NCBI GenBank assembly: GCA_030324005.1
Contig: JARDVH010000163.1
Span: 106,992,864 to 107,056,863 of the forward strand
Length of the DNA: 64,000 nt
Reading direction: 5' to 3'
Source of the DNA: Negaprion brevirostris
Taxonomy: Eukaryota
Positions 41,501-54,235 of this stretch are shown here, piece by piece. Under the pieces are notes generated by a model. It saw only the letters and a list, made by a program, of their open reading frames with translations. It ran no database searches and was not told the DNA's origin. Every line of letters starts with the position of its first letter. Within the stretch, counting starts at the first letter, position 1. The translations under genes and the position numbers were made by a program.

Positions 41501-42781
41501 CTGAGCGTAGAACCTTGTTTATTTTTGGCTTCCAAAACCTTTCAACTCTTCCCTTCAAATACTAACAGTTTCAGAGTTACTTCAATAAACATCCTCACAC
41601 ATACAGATGATCCTCACTAAGTCCCAGACTCTTTCAGGAAGATTGAAGTTCCCTCTNNNNNNNNNNTGATTAAAACTGAGGCCTTAGCATAACAGTATAC
41701 CCATCAAATGTTTATTTTGTGGTGGCCTGTAATATAGTTTTATCATTATTCCCCTGATCCATCTACACAAACATCTGTGCTAATTCCTAGTTCCTTCCTC
41801 TTGGCACCCTCCCCTGATAAATAATACCACCCCATCCCCTGTATTTCTTTGATCCTTCCTGATGTATATGCAGCCCTCAATCAGGGTGTGGATTTTCCAG
41901 CAGGGCACGGTGCAAGGTTGTAAAATGAAGGGCCACAACTCCCAGCCTGCTCCTTATAATATGATGGGTGGGCACTCTTTTATTTTAGTGTTTGCTTATC
42001 CTCCCATTTTTTTAAAATAACTACGAACAGGTGATTAAACTTATGAATGTAATTGACCCATATTCCCTGCTGCCAGCACCATAAAACTGTTGGTAGGTGG
42101 GAGTGAGGAGCCTGCTTTTTGAGGGAGGGGGGAAATTGGAAAGGGTACTGGTGGTGGAAGGGACACAACACTCGGGTGCTGCCCTTTACGCATCAGGGGT
42201 ATCCCCCCCTTCCCCACCCAAAGATGTTACGTTCTCCCATTTACTCCTCCCAGCCTGGACTCCAAATGCAACCCCCCCGCCCCCCCATACCTGCTTCAGC
42301 CCCTTCCCCAGGCTGACTGATCTTTCCCCTCCCTAAAAGCCTGGCACTCACCTGGCTCTGGGATCAATCAAAGTTCTTTGTTGGACTGCTTACAGCCCCA
42401 GTCATGCCTGTTATTCAATAGACATTACTGAGGAGTGAAAATGCACCCTCAATATGTTTGGCCTTCTGGTATTATTGTTGAGGGTTGGACTTTATTTTAA
42501 GGTCCTCCAGTTGTTGGAAGGGAAGCCATGTGCAACCAAGGTTTCAGTAACTCATAGAGTGCAGCCCATTAACGTTCCATTTNNNNNNNNNNNNNNNNNN
42601 NNNNNNNNNNNNNNNNNNNNNNNNNNNNNNNNNNNNNNNNNNNNNNNNNNNNNNNNNNNNNNNNNNNNNNNNNNNNNNNNNNNNNNNNNNNNNNNNNNNN
42701 NNNNNNNNNNNNNNNNNNNNNNNNNNNNNNNNNNNNNNNNNNNNNNNNNNNNNNNNNNNNNNNNNNNNNNNNNNNNNNNNN

Positions 42782-44160
42782 AGGTTTCCAGAGGCTCATG
42801 ACACTCAGAAAAAATAATCCTCCTATCTTTATCTCGAATGATCAGCCCTTTATTTTTAAACAGAGTTTTAGATTTTCCAGCAAGAGGAAGCATCCTCTTC
42901 ACATCCACCTTATCAATGACTCTCAGGATCTTAAAGGTTTCAATCAAGTCACCTCTTCTCTAGTGGATACAAACCTAACATCTCTAATCTTTTCTCATAA
43001 GACTACCCGTCCATTCCTGGTAATGGTCTAGTAAACCTTCTCTGAACTGCTAATGTGTTTACATTTTTCCTCAAGGTCAAAACAGTATTACAGATGTGGT
43101 CTCACCATTGCCCTGTACAACTAGAGGATAAGCTCCCTACTTTTGTACAATATCATTCTATTAGTTTTTCTAATTGCTTGCTGTGCTTGTATTTAAGCCT
43201 TTTGTGGTCATGCACTTAGCCATCTGTACTTCTGAACTCTGTAATCTCTCACCATTTAAATAAGTTTTTTTATTGATCCTACCAAAATGGGCAGTTTCAC
43301 ATTTGCTCACATTACACTTCATTGCTGGAGTTCTGCCTACTCACCTAACCTAGGTGGTATGGTCTATGTCGAGTTTGCACATTATCCCTGTGTTTTGCAT
43401 GAGTTTCCTCCTGGTGCTCTGGTTTCCCTCCACAGTCCAAAGATGTGTGGGTTAGGTAGATTGGCCATGCTAAATTGCTTCTTAGTGTCTCTTAGTGTCA
43501 GGGGGACCAGCTAGGGTAAATGCCTGGGGTTATGGAGATAGGCCTGGGTGGGAATGTGGTCAGTGCAGACTTGATGGGCTGAATGGCCTCCTTCTGTACT
43601 ATAGGATTCTATGTCCCTTTGTAGCCTCCTTGCGTCCTCTTCACAATTTACTTTTCTATGTGCTGGAGCAGACGAGTGAAGGAGCAGAGAGACAGATAAG
43701 AAATTACCTGTTAAAAACTTGCTTAAATAAGTTTAAAGCACTTTTGTAGTAAGAACTTACCGAGTAGAACTGTTTAAATCATTTAAAAGCATTTTTNNNN
43801 NNNNNNNNNNNNNNNNNNNNNNNNNNNNNNNNNNNNNNNNNNNNNNNNNNNNNNNNNNNNNNNNNNNNNNNNNNNNNNNNNNNNNNNNNNNNNNNNTGAT
43901 CTTATTGAATGGCGGGGCAGGCTCGAAGGGCTGGATGGCCTACTCCTGCTCCTATTTCTTATGTTCTTACATATTTGTGTTGTTGGCAAATTTAACAACC
44001 ACACCTTCACTTCTTTCATCCAAGTCATTAATATAAATAGTAAACAGTTGAAGCCCCAGCACTGATCTCTCCGGCAATTCACTTGTCCATATCCTGCAAA
44101 CCAGAAAAAGACTCATTTATGCCAACTCTGTTTCCTGTTAGTCAGCCAACCTTCAATGCT
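42782..44160 (-). mobile_element. CR1 fragments with a nested SINE (about 43360-43612, +) and a young CR1 end (43897-43970, +)
   Basis: IETFKILRVIDKVDVKRMLP and SVLGLQLFTIYINDLDE RT motifs on the minus strand. Confidence 0.7.
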
Positions 44161-45741
44161 ATTGGCTTTAATGTATCACATCATAGTTCATTCCTTGTCC
44201 TCTTGTAATTGGTACACATTCTTATTCCTCCCCTGGATTCCATAGCTGATCCTTCCCAACTGTTTTTATTTTGTTCTAATTAAACCAAGCTGAATGTGTG
44301 TATTTGGTTTAGGTAAAAATCATCTTGATGTAAAACCTTCAGTTTCCCCTGAAGTGCTTTCAGCGGGCCAAGAATTTGAAGCTCTCACTTCCACAGTGTG
44401 TGCTGAGCCATGCATTCACCTATCTACTCAATTTTTTATAGGTCCAATGTGTACCTAAGATGGGTACTCCATAATAATATCCTTAGTTTTTTTCCCTAAG
44501 TTCCTTTTGAAGGACTTTCATGCTACACCAGTCCACTTTCTAACTCTGCTGTGAACCTCAGTGTCTTTGCACATTGAGCAAGTGCCCGATGTTCAAACAT
44601 CATTTGGGGCTTGTAGTCTTGTTTGTAGAAGATTCTGTTGCTTGTTCTGGCTGCACAATCCAAACAATTAAAATGTTAAAGCTCCCCTGTATTGTACTCC
44701 CCTGAATGCTTTATAGATTCAGGGAACTCTATAGCCTGAAATGGCAGGCGTACAGTCTGTTTATCACGAACAGCAATCTTCATTCAGCTTTTTGGCAAAG
44801 AGTTTGACTTGATTCTAACTTTGATCTCATAACTTCAGAGCTCCTGAGCTCTGTGTTCTTCATTTCTGCTCCTTTTATGTGAGAAAACATTTTCTTGTAT
44901 AAGCTTTTATGGATAATTAAAATGAAAACTTGCATTTATGATAGATGTTAAGGTATTTGCAATACAATTCTGAGTTGCTGTCTTTTGGAGAATTTAAATT
45001 TTTAAAAATCCAGTTCTGCCGTATGAAATCGAACTGCAACCTCAGTCTAAACAGTATATAGTTAGCCCTTGCTCCCTTAACTCTCTGTAATGAGGCAGTT
45101 AGTGAATGTGGCATTGGTGAGCTCCATGTGTTTATTTGCATCTCATTACAATGAAGCTCTCAATAGCACAGGGATTATGGATTTTTTGGGCAACTGAAGA
45201 GTAAAAGCCTCTGATACGTGTTGTTCATGCAACTTCGATAAGAAGGGGATTCGTCTAATAAGCTAACAATGTAAAAGAAAGGGTTTGAAGTTAACTGCCT
45301 ATAATTTGAACTTGGGCTTGTTTCTCCTTGTTTCTTCAACCATTTTAAGCACTTTCTTGCTGGAGTACCATCACATCGCAATGGGTTTACGTTTTGACCA
45401 TGCCACTTCTGAGATGCCCCTGAGTTGATAGTAAGTCCTTCATGTTTTTGCACACATTTACCTCTGGCAGAATAGTAGGATTAACTGGTTTAATTTGTGC
45501 TACCTATTGCCAGCATTGCCTTTGCAGTTAATTCTGGGCCAATATCTAATTAACTAACCATCACTTACTCCATATGGATGCCAAATTTTAGTGATACAAA
45601 CCCAGCACCAAGCACTAATGTACTGTACAAAGCAACATGCTACAAGTTCAACAGCAATTTTTCTTTTATTAAAGTTGGCCTTCTCCCTTAGTTTTTTCAG
45701 ATCTTTCAGTGTGGCCTTCGTCATTGCAATCATGGCATCCC

Positions 45742-46165
45742 CACAGTGCAGAAAGAGTTCACTCAGCCCATCGAGTCTNNNNNNNNNNNNNNNNNNNNNN
45801 NNNNNNNNNNNNNNNNNNNNNNNNNNNNNNNNNNNNNNNNNNNNNNNNNNNNNNNNNNNNNNNNNNNNNNNNNNNNNNCTGCACTGACTCTTCGGCCGAG
45901 GATCCCACCCAGGCCCTATAAACCCATGTATCTACCTGACTAATTCTCCTAACCTGCACATTTTGGGACACTAAGCAATTTAGCGTGGCCAAACTACCTA
46001 ACCTGCACCTCTTTGGACTGTGGGAGGAAATCGGAACACCCGGAGGAAATCCATGCAGACATGGGGAGAAAGTGCAAATTCCACACAGACATCCAAGGCT
46101 ACAGTTGAACTTGGGTCCCTGACGCTGTGAGACAGCAGTACTAACCACTGTGCCACCGTGGCGCC
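45742..46165 (-). mobile_element. HE1-like SINE (spans a gap)
   Basis: Same signature. Confidence 0.8.
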
Positions 46166-46321
46166 TTGACTGACTGCAAAATTCTGGCCAGGTGACAGTA
46201 TTTGACACAGACTTTGAAGGAATCTGCCCACAAAGATCAATAGATCTCTGTGGCTTGGATTTCACTTTCACCACTGTCAGTTTAGTTCCACTACCAGATC
46301 TATAGAGGATCTTCATTAGGA

Positions 46322-46578
46322 TGTAACTGGTGACAACTTTGTATTGGATGTAATGTGACCAATGGTAATAAGTTGTAAGGGTCAGCTGACCAGGTAAACA
46401 GTGGAACTAATTAGAGTGTGATGTGACAGTCAGCTGACTCACTATAAGTAAGAACCTGTTTGGAATTGGGGGGAGCTTGGACGGGCCCAGGGTGTGGCCC
46501 CAAGTTTGGAGTAATGAAGTTTCATCATTAAACCCTTTCTTTGATTTCTAAGTTGGAGTAAGTTTTGTTATACTTTCA
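46322..46578 (+). mobile_element. Possible solo LTR
   Basis: TG...CA ends, TATA-like ctataagtaa and ATTAAA signal; no clear TSD. Confidence 0.3.
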
Positions 46579-46974
46579 TTATCTGCATTTGGAAGCGTTC
46601 CTCCTGAAGCAACAATCTTTGGCATCATGCAATAGTGTTACCATTAAATAAGCTAAGCAGCCAGACAAGTTGAATAATTTCACAGACAACAAAGCAGGAA
46701 GAGGCATTTCTTTGGTTCAGTGAGCTAGTGACAGACTGTACTGCTGTAGTGCCATTAGCATTATGACACTTAAAAGACCAATAGGATCAATGGCTTGAGC
46801 TGAACTAACTGGTTGAAGTTAGATTTTCCTTTTTGGGTAGAGCATTGAGCTGTAGTCCTGTGTGTAAAGTTGTTTAACTGATCAACATTACAAACATCAA
46901 CTGCTCAACCTTCTAGGTTTGGAATTAAGGCAGAATTGAAACTGCCAAATTGCTGTTAACATTTTTGTTTTTGG

Positions 46975-47245
46975 TTCACTTTATTTATTTATTAGTGTCA
47001 CAAGTGGGCTTACATTAACACTCCAATNNNNNNNNNNNNNNNNNNNNNNNNNNNNNNNNNNNNNNNNNNNNNNNNNNNNNNNNNNNNNNNNNNNNNNNNN
47101 NNNNNNNNNNNNNNNNNNNNNNNNNNNGGAAAGCCACGCAGACACAGGGTGAATGCACAAACTCTACACAGACAGTGACCCAAGGCTGGAATTGAACTCA
47201 GGTCCATGGTGCTGTGAGGTAACAGTGCTAACCACCATGCCACCC
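46975..47245 (-). mobile_element. HE1-like SINE, alternative-tail subfamily (spans a gap)
   Basis: Tail identical to 49245-49287. Confidence 0.75.
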
Positions 47246-47401
47246 AGAATTCGTAGATAAATTTCCTTTATCTACAAACCTCTTTCCACTCCTAAGACTG
47301 CTTCAGGCACAAAGTCAGAATCCAGAGTGTAAGTAGAACTGATACTCTATACAAGTGAAACTCTCTGATTGGGCAAGCATTCATTACCAATCTTTTTAGC
47401 C

Positions 47402-47825
47402 AATCAAATAAACTAAACTAAATTAACGAGGGGACAAATTAAAAAGGGGCAGCTCCCAAAAGGAAGGAAACTGCCCAAAACAAAGGACAAAGTGGAAAGG
47501 AAACTTAAAACAGCAAATCAAAATGTGATTAAAGGGGTCAGTAATGCACCCTAGTCCCTGCAGTGCCCAATGGGCACGGAAGCAATTACGACCTTGATCA
47601 GGGAGCTCTTTTGCATATCAAACAAGTAAACAAACTCAAATTAACTTAAGGGCAAATTAAAAAGGGCAGCCCCCCAAAAAGGAAAGGAGGACAGCCCAAA
47701 CAAAAAACAAAGTCCAAAGGAAACTTAAAACACTAAATCAAAACGTGATTGTTGGGGTCTATAATGCACCCCAGCCCCTGCGGTGCCCGGTGGGCACGGA
47801 AGCAATTATGACCTCAATCAGGGAG
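47402..47825 (-). mobile_element. Two tandem 3'-end fragments of a Tx1/L1-clade LINE (47402-47605 and 47620-47825)
   Basis: Minus-strand FRAHRAPQGLGCIIDPNNHVLI* resembles the Tx1 ORF2 C-terminus and is followed by a T-rich 3' UTR; the two copies align over about 200 bp. Confidence 0.6.
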
Positions 47826-47983
47826 GTCATATTTCAAGAGGCCCACCTCATGGACCTCGTTGGGATCATTACACACCAGCATTACAAAATTAAAGAGTTT
47901 GAAAGATGGATGGCTGCCTCGAGCTTTGCCTCAGTATGGGGAATACGTGAGATCATTAATAACATCTTTGTGTTTATTTTTAG

Positions 47984-48096
47984 GTCCTGGGTTGACATTC
48001 ATTGCTTACCCAAAGGCTGTCACTATGATGCCTCTTGCACCGTTATGGGCTGTTCTATTCTTCCTGATGCTCATTTTCCTGGGATTGGACAGTCAG
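47984..48096 (+). CDS. SLC6A11: Isolated 113-nt exon of an SLC6 GABA/taurine-subfamily transporter (EL4-TM8 region), most like SLC6A11/GAT3; orphan, functional status unknown
   Basis: Acceptor tgtttatttttag and donor CAG|gtaaaa; phase 1 start, phase 0 end. Translates (G)[37 protein letters not shown] versus recalled GAT3 [38 protein letters not shown]. No other SLC6 exon found in the non-gap sequence. Confidence 0.78.
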
Positions 48097-49234
48097 GTAA
48101 AATAAACATGAAAACTCTTTCACACAAAGAAACGTACACGTGTTTTGACAAACCAGTGTAATCAAATCAGAATGAGTGCTGTGTTACTGTCGGATTTTGC
48201 AGCCAGTCATCATTCACACAATTTGACAGTGTGGTTGGCAGCATAGCTTACTTGTGGCTCCATGAATCTTCAGATGTAGGCCGGAATTCTCCATTTGCAT
48301 ACGTACCCCCCACTATTGCTGCCAGCGAGAATGGAGAATTTGGCACTCAGCCAAATGTCCGTTCACATCAGCGGGACTGGAGGCTGTGGGCCTGGTCAGA
48401 GAATCCAGCCTGTAATTTCAGACTGAATTTGTTTGTGGCATAATAACTTAAAATCTACTTTTAACTTGGGAATTACCATATCATTAAAATGGAAAGTTCC
48501 AACCATGTCTGCAGAATAGGTTTTAATAACAAAGTATGACAATAACTGTTCTCAGACACCCCATTTTCTATCAAAACTGATTCTGTAAAATAGACATCTC
48601 TCACTGTTTGTAATTTTGACCAACGATTACACAATGAGCTTTATGTATCAATAAGTGGCCAAAGATTAAAACTAAGTTGATGGCCTTCTGTTTGTTTTCG
48701 ACAAGACATCAATCTCGACACAGTTTGTCAATTGAAGCAGTATTGACTCTTCCAGAATTGAGAACTGGGCCATTTCTGTTGTTGACCAGAAGCTTAGTGG
48801 GTGGAATTTTCAAGCTGTTCCCAGCAGAATGTTCCTCCAGTCCCATCCAAGTACCCCGCTGGCAGGATGGACAAGCCATGTATAATGCAATAGACCTCGG
48901 CAGGACCAGAAATTTCCACCGGCAGCCAAGGGTGAGCTACCCCCCGCTGCAGGAAAACCTGTCCCAGTGGGGGGAGGGAATAGCTGGATTATTCCCTGTA
49001 TTTCTGCTCAGCGATCGCCTTCAAGTTTGTCCTTGTCCCTCGTTTTATCTATCTGCTCTTCCATGCAGGATTCTGCAGAGATATTGTCAGGCACAGTTAG
49101 CTGGAGAAGTGTAGCATTCACAGCTTCATTTAGCTCCTTTGTACGTTGAGAAATGACTGAGACCTGTGACATTCCCTGTGTGCGTTTTTGTGTGTGTGTG
49201 TGTCTGGAAGAGTCTGTGACATTTCAAAGCTAAA

Positions 49235-49535
49235 GTTTAAAGTTCATTTTATTAGTGTCACAAGTGGGCTTACATTAACACTCCAATGAAGTTACTGTGA
49301 AAATTCCCTAGTCACTACGCTCCAGAGACTGTTCAGGTACACTGAGGGAGAATTAGCATGGCCAATGCACCTAACTAGCACGTCTTTCAGACTCTAAGAG
49401 AAAATTGGAGCACCCGATGAAAACCCATGCAGACATGGGGAGAACATACAGATTATGCACTGATGATGACCCAAACTAGGAATCAAACCTGGGTCCTTGG
49501 TGCTGTGAGACAGCAATGCTAACCACTGTGCCAAA
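49235..49535 (-). mobile_element. HE1-like SINE, alternative-tail subfamily
   Basis: Full core plus tail. Confidence 0.8.
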
Positions 49536-51947
49536 CAATAGTTGGTCAGGTTGACGCCTCAGCTTGTTACGTTCAGTTTTTTTTAAAGATTGGTGTAATG
49601 TTTTAGCTGTACTATTGATACTTAAATCGGATTTATCCTATTTGACAGAGTGCACACAAGTTTTGGTCTTTTTAATCTAACCAACTCGGGTTTGTGCAGG
49701 GCATTTTGCTTTGGCGAGGATGGCTTTAAGACTGTGATTTTTGAGTGCGGTTGGAATGTCTTTAGTAAATTGCCCTACTTTTTCCAAATTTTAAATGGCA
49801 AGATTATTGCGTTTTCTGGGAAAATTTAATGAATGATTTATTTACAGCATTATCATTCTTTAGCTCTTTACATGGGCATGAGCACTATTAGAATTGGTTT
49901 TTCCCTAGAACTGTGTTACTTGAAACCAAACCCATTGTCTTTTCAGTTTTTTGGCCAGTTTTTGAAGTAGTGCTTTGCTTATAAGAACATAAGAACTCGG
50001 AGCAGGAGTAGGCCATCTGGCCCCTTAAGCTTGCTCCGCCATCCAGTAAGATCACAGCTGATCTTTTAGTGGACTCAGCTCCACTTACTCACCCGCTCAC
50101 CATAACCCTTATTCCTTTAAAATTTACCTATCCCTGCCTTAAAAACATTCAATGAGATAGCCTCAACTGCTTCAGTGGGCAAGGAATTCCACAGATTCAG
50201 AACTCCTTTACTTTAGTCCTATGCCAAGGCTCTACATATAATGTAGTGATTTTAATAAATTGATTGTATGACGTTTAACTTTACAACCAGCTCCAGGTTT
50301 ACTGTAAAACTGAATGCAACATAGTGCAAAAGCTGAAAATCTAAAATAAAACTGGAAATGGTGGACCTAGGCAGCTGCTAAGGCAGTATCTGCAGGGAAC
50401 AAAAACTTAGCGTTAATATTTCAGGTTGATGACTTTGCATTAGAACTTTTCTGCAATGTCTGAATTATAGTATGCATTTTTGTTAATTTGTTGGTAATAT
50501 TTTTAGTTACTACTTTGTGGCATAATTAATAAAGCAAAATTGTTAACCCATCAGTTAATAGGTTTTTGTACTGTGCGATTGACTTTAGCAGTGTGCCACT
50601 GGAATGTGTTTGGTGTTTTAGCTTTGAACACAATCAATATGTTGAGTATCAGCCAGTGTAATCATGTGGACACATTGATCACTTGATAGTGGCAAGAAAA
50701 CCCACTTCTGGTTTGTTTAAAATGCAATTAGTCTAAGCCTGAAAGAAGCCAGAACAAAACACCCTTGAATGTGCATTTTCTAAGAAAATTAATTGGCTAT
50801 AATTATGGAACACCTCTCATGAGTTGATTTTAAATTCTCGCACTTAGCTTTACCTATGGCAGGTAACTTTACCATGGCTCATCTATATCAAACATGACTT
50901 GAGGATCATAAATTAATGATTAACAAATAGACTAGGGAAGTCGTGAAGGTTTTTAGAAGGGTTGCAGAAATAAAAATTGATGGTCTTATTTTTTTTTCCC
51001 CCAACCTGTGACCCTGCGATAAAATGCTGATGGAATGTTTTAAATCTTTTAACTATCTGCTCCAGGGGTTTGAGATATTAGAATATGATAATTTATGGAT
51101 AGCTCAGTGAAATGCATGATTTATTGGTTCAAAATGCATTTGCTTGCCTGAAGGGGTAGTAATGCTTGGTAGGAAATACATTGAATGTCTAATATTCACT
51201 GCATGTTTTTCTGGTGTTTTACAAGTTTGCCAAACTCCTTTGCACTTTTTTATTACTACTTTAGAATGTTTTGCCGTTAAGATTTAGGAATTTATTCATT
51301 TGAGAGTTTAAAGGTGTAATAGATTCTTGGGGGGGGAAGGTGGAGCTGAAGTTACTATCAGATCAGCCATGTTCTTATTGAATAGCAGCGCAAGCTCAAG
51401 GGGCCGAGTGACCTACTGCTCCCAATTCACATGTTTGTATATCTTACTATAGATATTAATCTCTAAACAATGGTGACAATTTTGCAATAATTGTGTCCTG
51501 CTTTTGAAATCTTGCAAACCAGGGCCAGAAATTTCCCATCCTGCCTGCTGTGGAAATTGTAGTGGGTAAGATGTAAAATTCAATGGCCCATTCAAAGGCT
51601 TCTTGACCTTGGATGAGAATTTCTGATCTTGGGGCGCACAAGGCTGGCAAATCCAGCCCCAGATCTCTAATTAGATTGTGGATACCAGACCTGTTGTATT
51701 CCACGCCTATTCTTGTTCTTGTATTATTTTGCCTTTACAGAAAGGAGTACGTGAATATTATGCTACCTCTATCATTGTTGACTAGCCCATATGATTTATA
51801 TGATGAAGCCAAGCATAATAAATGAAAATGACAGCTACTTTAATCTACAGATTATGAGCTTTGAATCCTGCCAAATTATTGTGGGTGTGGGATGCACTGT
51901 AGGACTATTGAAAAATGCTGGGAAGGTGCACTGTACAATTTGTAATG

Positions 51948-51951
<4 letters not shown>

Positions 51952-52009
<58 letters not shown>
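51952..52009. repeat. (GT)n microsatellite
   Basis: Perfect dinucleotide run. Confidence 0.98.
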
Positions 52010-52013
<4 letters not shown>

Positions 52014-52950
52014 CCTTTGACACTGAATTTTTGTNNNNNNNNNNNNNNNNNNNNNNNNNNNNNNNNNNNNNNNNNNNNNNNNNNNNNNNNNNNNNNNNNN
52101 NNNNNNNNNNNNNNNNNNNNNNNNNNNNNNNNNNNNNNNNNNNNNNNNNNNNNNNNNNNNNNNNNNNNNNNNNNNNNNNNNNNNNNNNNNNNNNNNNNNN
52201 NNNNNNNNNNNNNNNNNNNNNNNNNNNNNNNNNNNNNNNNNNNNNNNNNNNNNNNNNNNNNNNNNNNNNNNNNNNNNNNNNNNNNNNNNNNNNNNNNNNN
52301 NNNNNNNNNNNNNNNNNNNNNNNNNNNNNNNNNNNNNNNNNNNNNNNNNNNNNNNNNNNNNNNNNNNNNNNNNNNNNNNNNNNNNNNNNNNNNNNNNNNN
52401 NNNNNNNNNNNNNNNNNNNNNNNNNNNNNNNNNNNNNNNNNNNNNNNNNNNNNNNNNNNNNNNNNNNNNNNNNNNNNNNNNNNNNNNNNNNNNNNNNNNN
52501 NNNNNNNNNNNNNNNNNNNNNNNNNNNNNNNNNNNNNNNNNNNNNNNNNNNNNNNNNNNNNNNNNNNNNNNNNNNNNNNNNNNNNNNNNNNNNNNNNNNN
52601 NNNNNNNNNNNNNNNNNNNNNNNNNNNNNNNNNNNNNNNNNNNNNNNNNNNNNNNNNNNNNNNNNNNNNNNNNNNNNNNNNNNNNNNNNNNNNNNNNNNN
52701 NNNNNNNNNNNNNNNNNNNNNNNNNNNNNNNNNNNNNNNNNNNNNNNNNNNNNNNNNNNNNNNNNNNNNNNNNNNNNNNNNNNNNNNNNNNNNNNNNNNN
52801 NNNNNNNNNNNNNNNNNNNNNNNNNNNNNNNNNNNNNNNNNNNNNNNNNNNNNNNNNNNNNNNNNNNNNNNNNNNNNNNNNNNNNNNNNNNNNNNNNNNN
52901 NNNNNNNNNNNNNNNNNNNNNNNNNNNNNNNNNNNNNNNNNNNNNNNNNN

Positions 52951-53665
52951 ACACGTAATAACTTGGAGCAGTAGAAGGCAGTTGAGCTCTTTGAGCCTGC
53001 CCCATTGTTCAGTATGGTCATGGCTGATCTCATCTCAGTCTCAATTGCAGTACTTTCCTGCCCATTTCCCATAACCCTTCAACCCATTGCTAATTAAAAA
53101 TCTGTCTCCTCAAATTTCCTCAATGTCCTAGTATCCACTGCACTCTGGGATAGTCAATTCCCCGAAGCTTTGGGGAGTAGTTTCTCCTCATCTCTGTTTT
53201 GAATCTTCTACCTCATCCTAAAATTATGCCCTCTTGTTCTAGAATGCCCCACAAGAGGAAACATCCACTCTGTCCACTTTGTCAGTATCTTTTATCTTAT
53301 ATACCTCAATTAGATATCCTTTAATTCTTCTAAACTCTAGAGAATATAAGCCTAAACTGCTCAATTTCTCTTCATAAGCCAAATCCCTCATCTCTAGAAT
53401 CAAACTAGTGAACCTCCTCTAATGCCACTCCATCCTTCCTCAAATAAAGGAAACAAAACTGTGCACAGTACACCAGATGCGATCTTACCAAGCCTTGTAG
53501 AAACACTTCCTTACTTTATACCCTATTCCTTTAGCTAATAAAGCCAAAACTCCATTTGCTTTTCTTATTACCTGCGTACTAGTTTTCTGTGGCTCATGCA
53601 CAAGGACACCCAGATCCCTCTGCACCGAAGTACCCCGAAGTTTGTCTTCATGTAGATAAGTTACC
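52951..53665 (-). mobile_element. CR1 LINE 3' portion
   Basis: Reverse-complement CR1 3' UTR and ORF2-end motifs. Confidence 0.75.
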
Positions 53666-54044
53666 TTTCCATTTCAACATGGTAACATTTGAAAAAAAAA
53701 TATGGAGTGGTGTATGTTATCGTTGCAACAGGTTTTCCCCCAGTGGAATCTTCCACAAGTCGAGGCACTCTAATATGACATTTGGATATGTGGTGATATT
53801 GCTAGAAATAGCTGTTAAGTTTTTGTTTGCAAGTTCTGTCAAGTTTATAAAGCTAATTAATTTTGGTGAGATATGTGTGAACTTCACACACTTAATGTGT
53901 GCAGGAATCTCTGACACCTTAGTGTTTGCACCATAGGTGAGATCTTGCAGTTCGTAATTATGAAGTACAATTGTATGCCAAAATTCCATTTACTTTCTTT
54001 TATTACCTGCTGTACTCCATCGAGACTTTCTGACAGAGTATCTT

Positions 54045-54235
54045 ACCCAGGCCCACCCTTTGTTCTATCCCCATAACCCCAAATAACCCACTAATCCTGA
54101 GAACCTGCATATCTTGGGACACTAAAGGACAATTTAACATGGCCAGTTGACTTATCCTATACGTTTTTGGCCTGTGGGAGGAAACCTACCCTGCTGCTGT
54201 CAGGCAGCAGTGCTAGCCACTTTGTCACTGTGCCA
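54045..54235 (-). mobile_element. HE1-like SINE, internally deleted
   Basis: Core and head present. Confidence 0.7.

Noticed and set aside
51791-53074. Long ORFs of 347-427 aa (also 18183-18890 and 23864-24452)
   Set aside because: They consist mostly of N gaps and microsatellite; ORF-caller artefacts.
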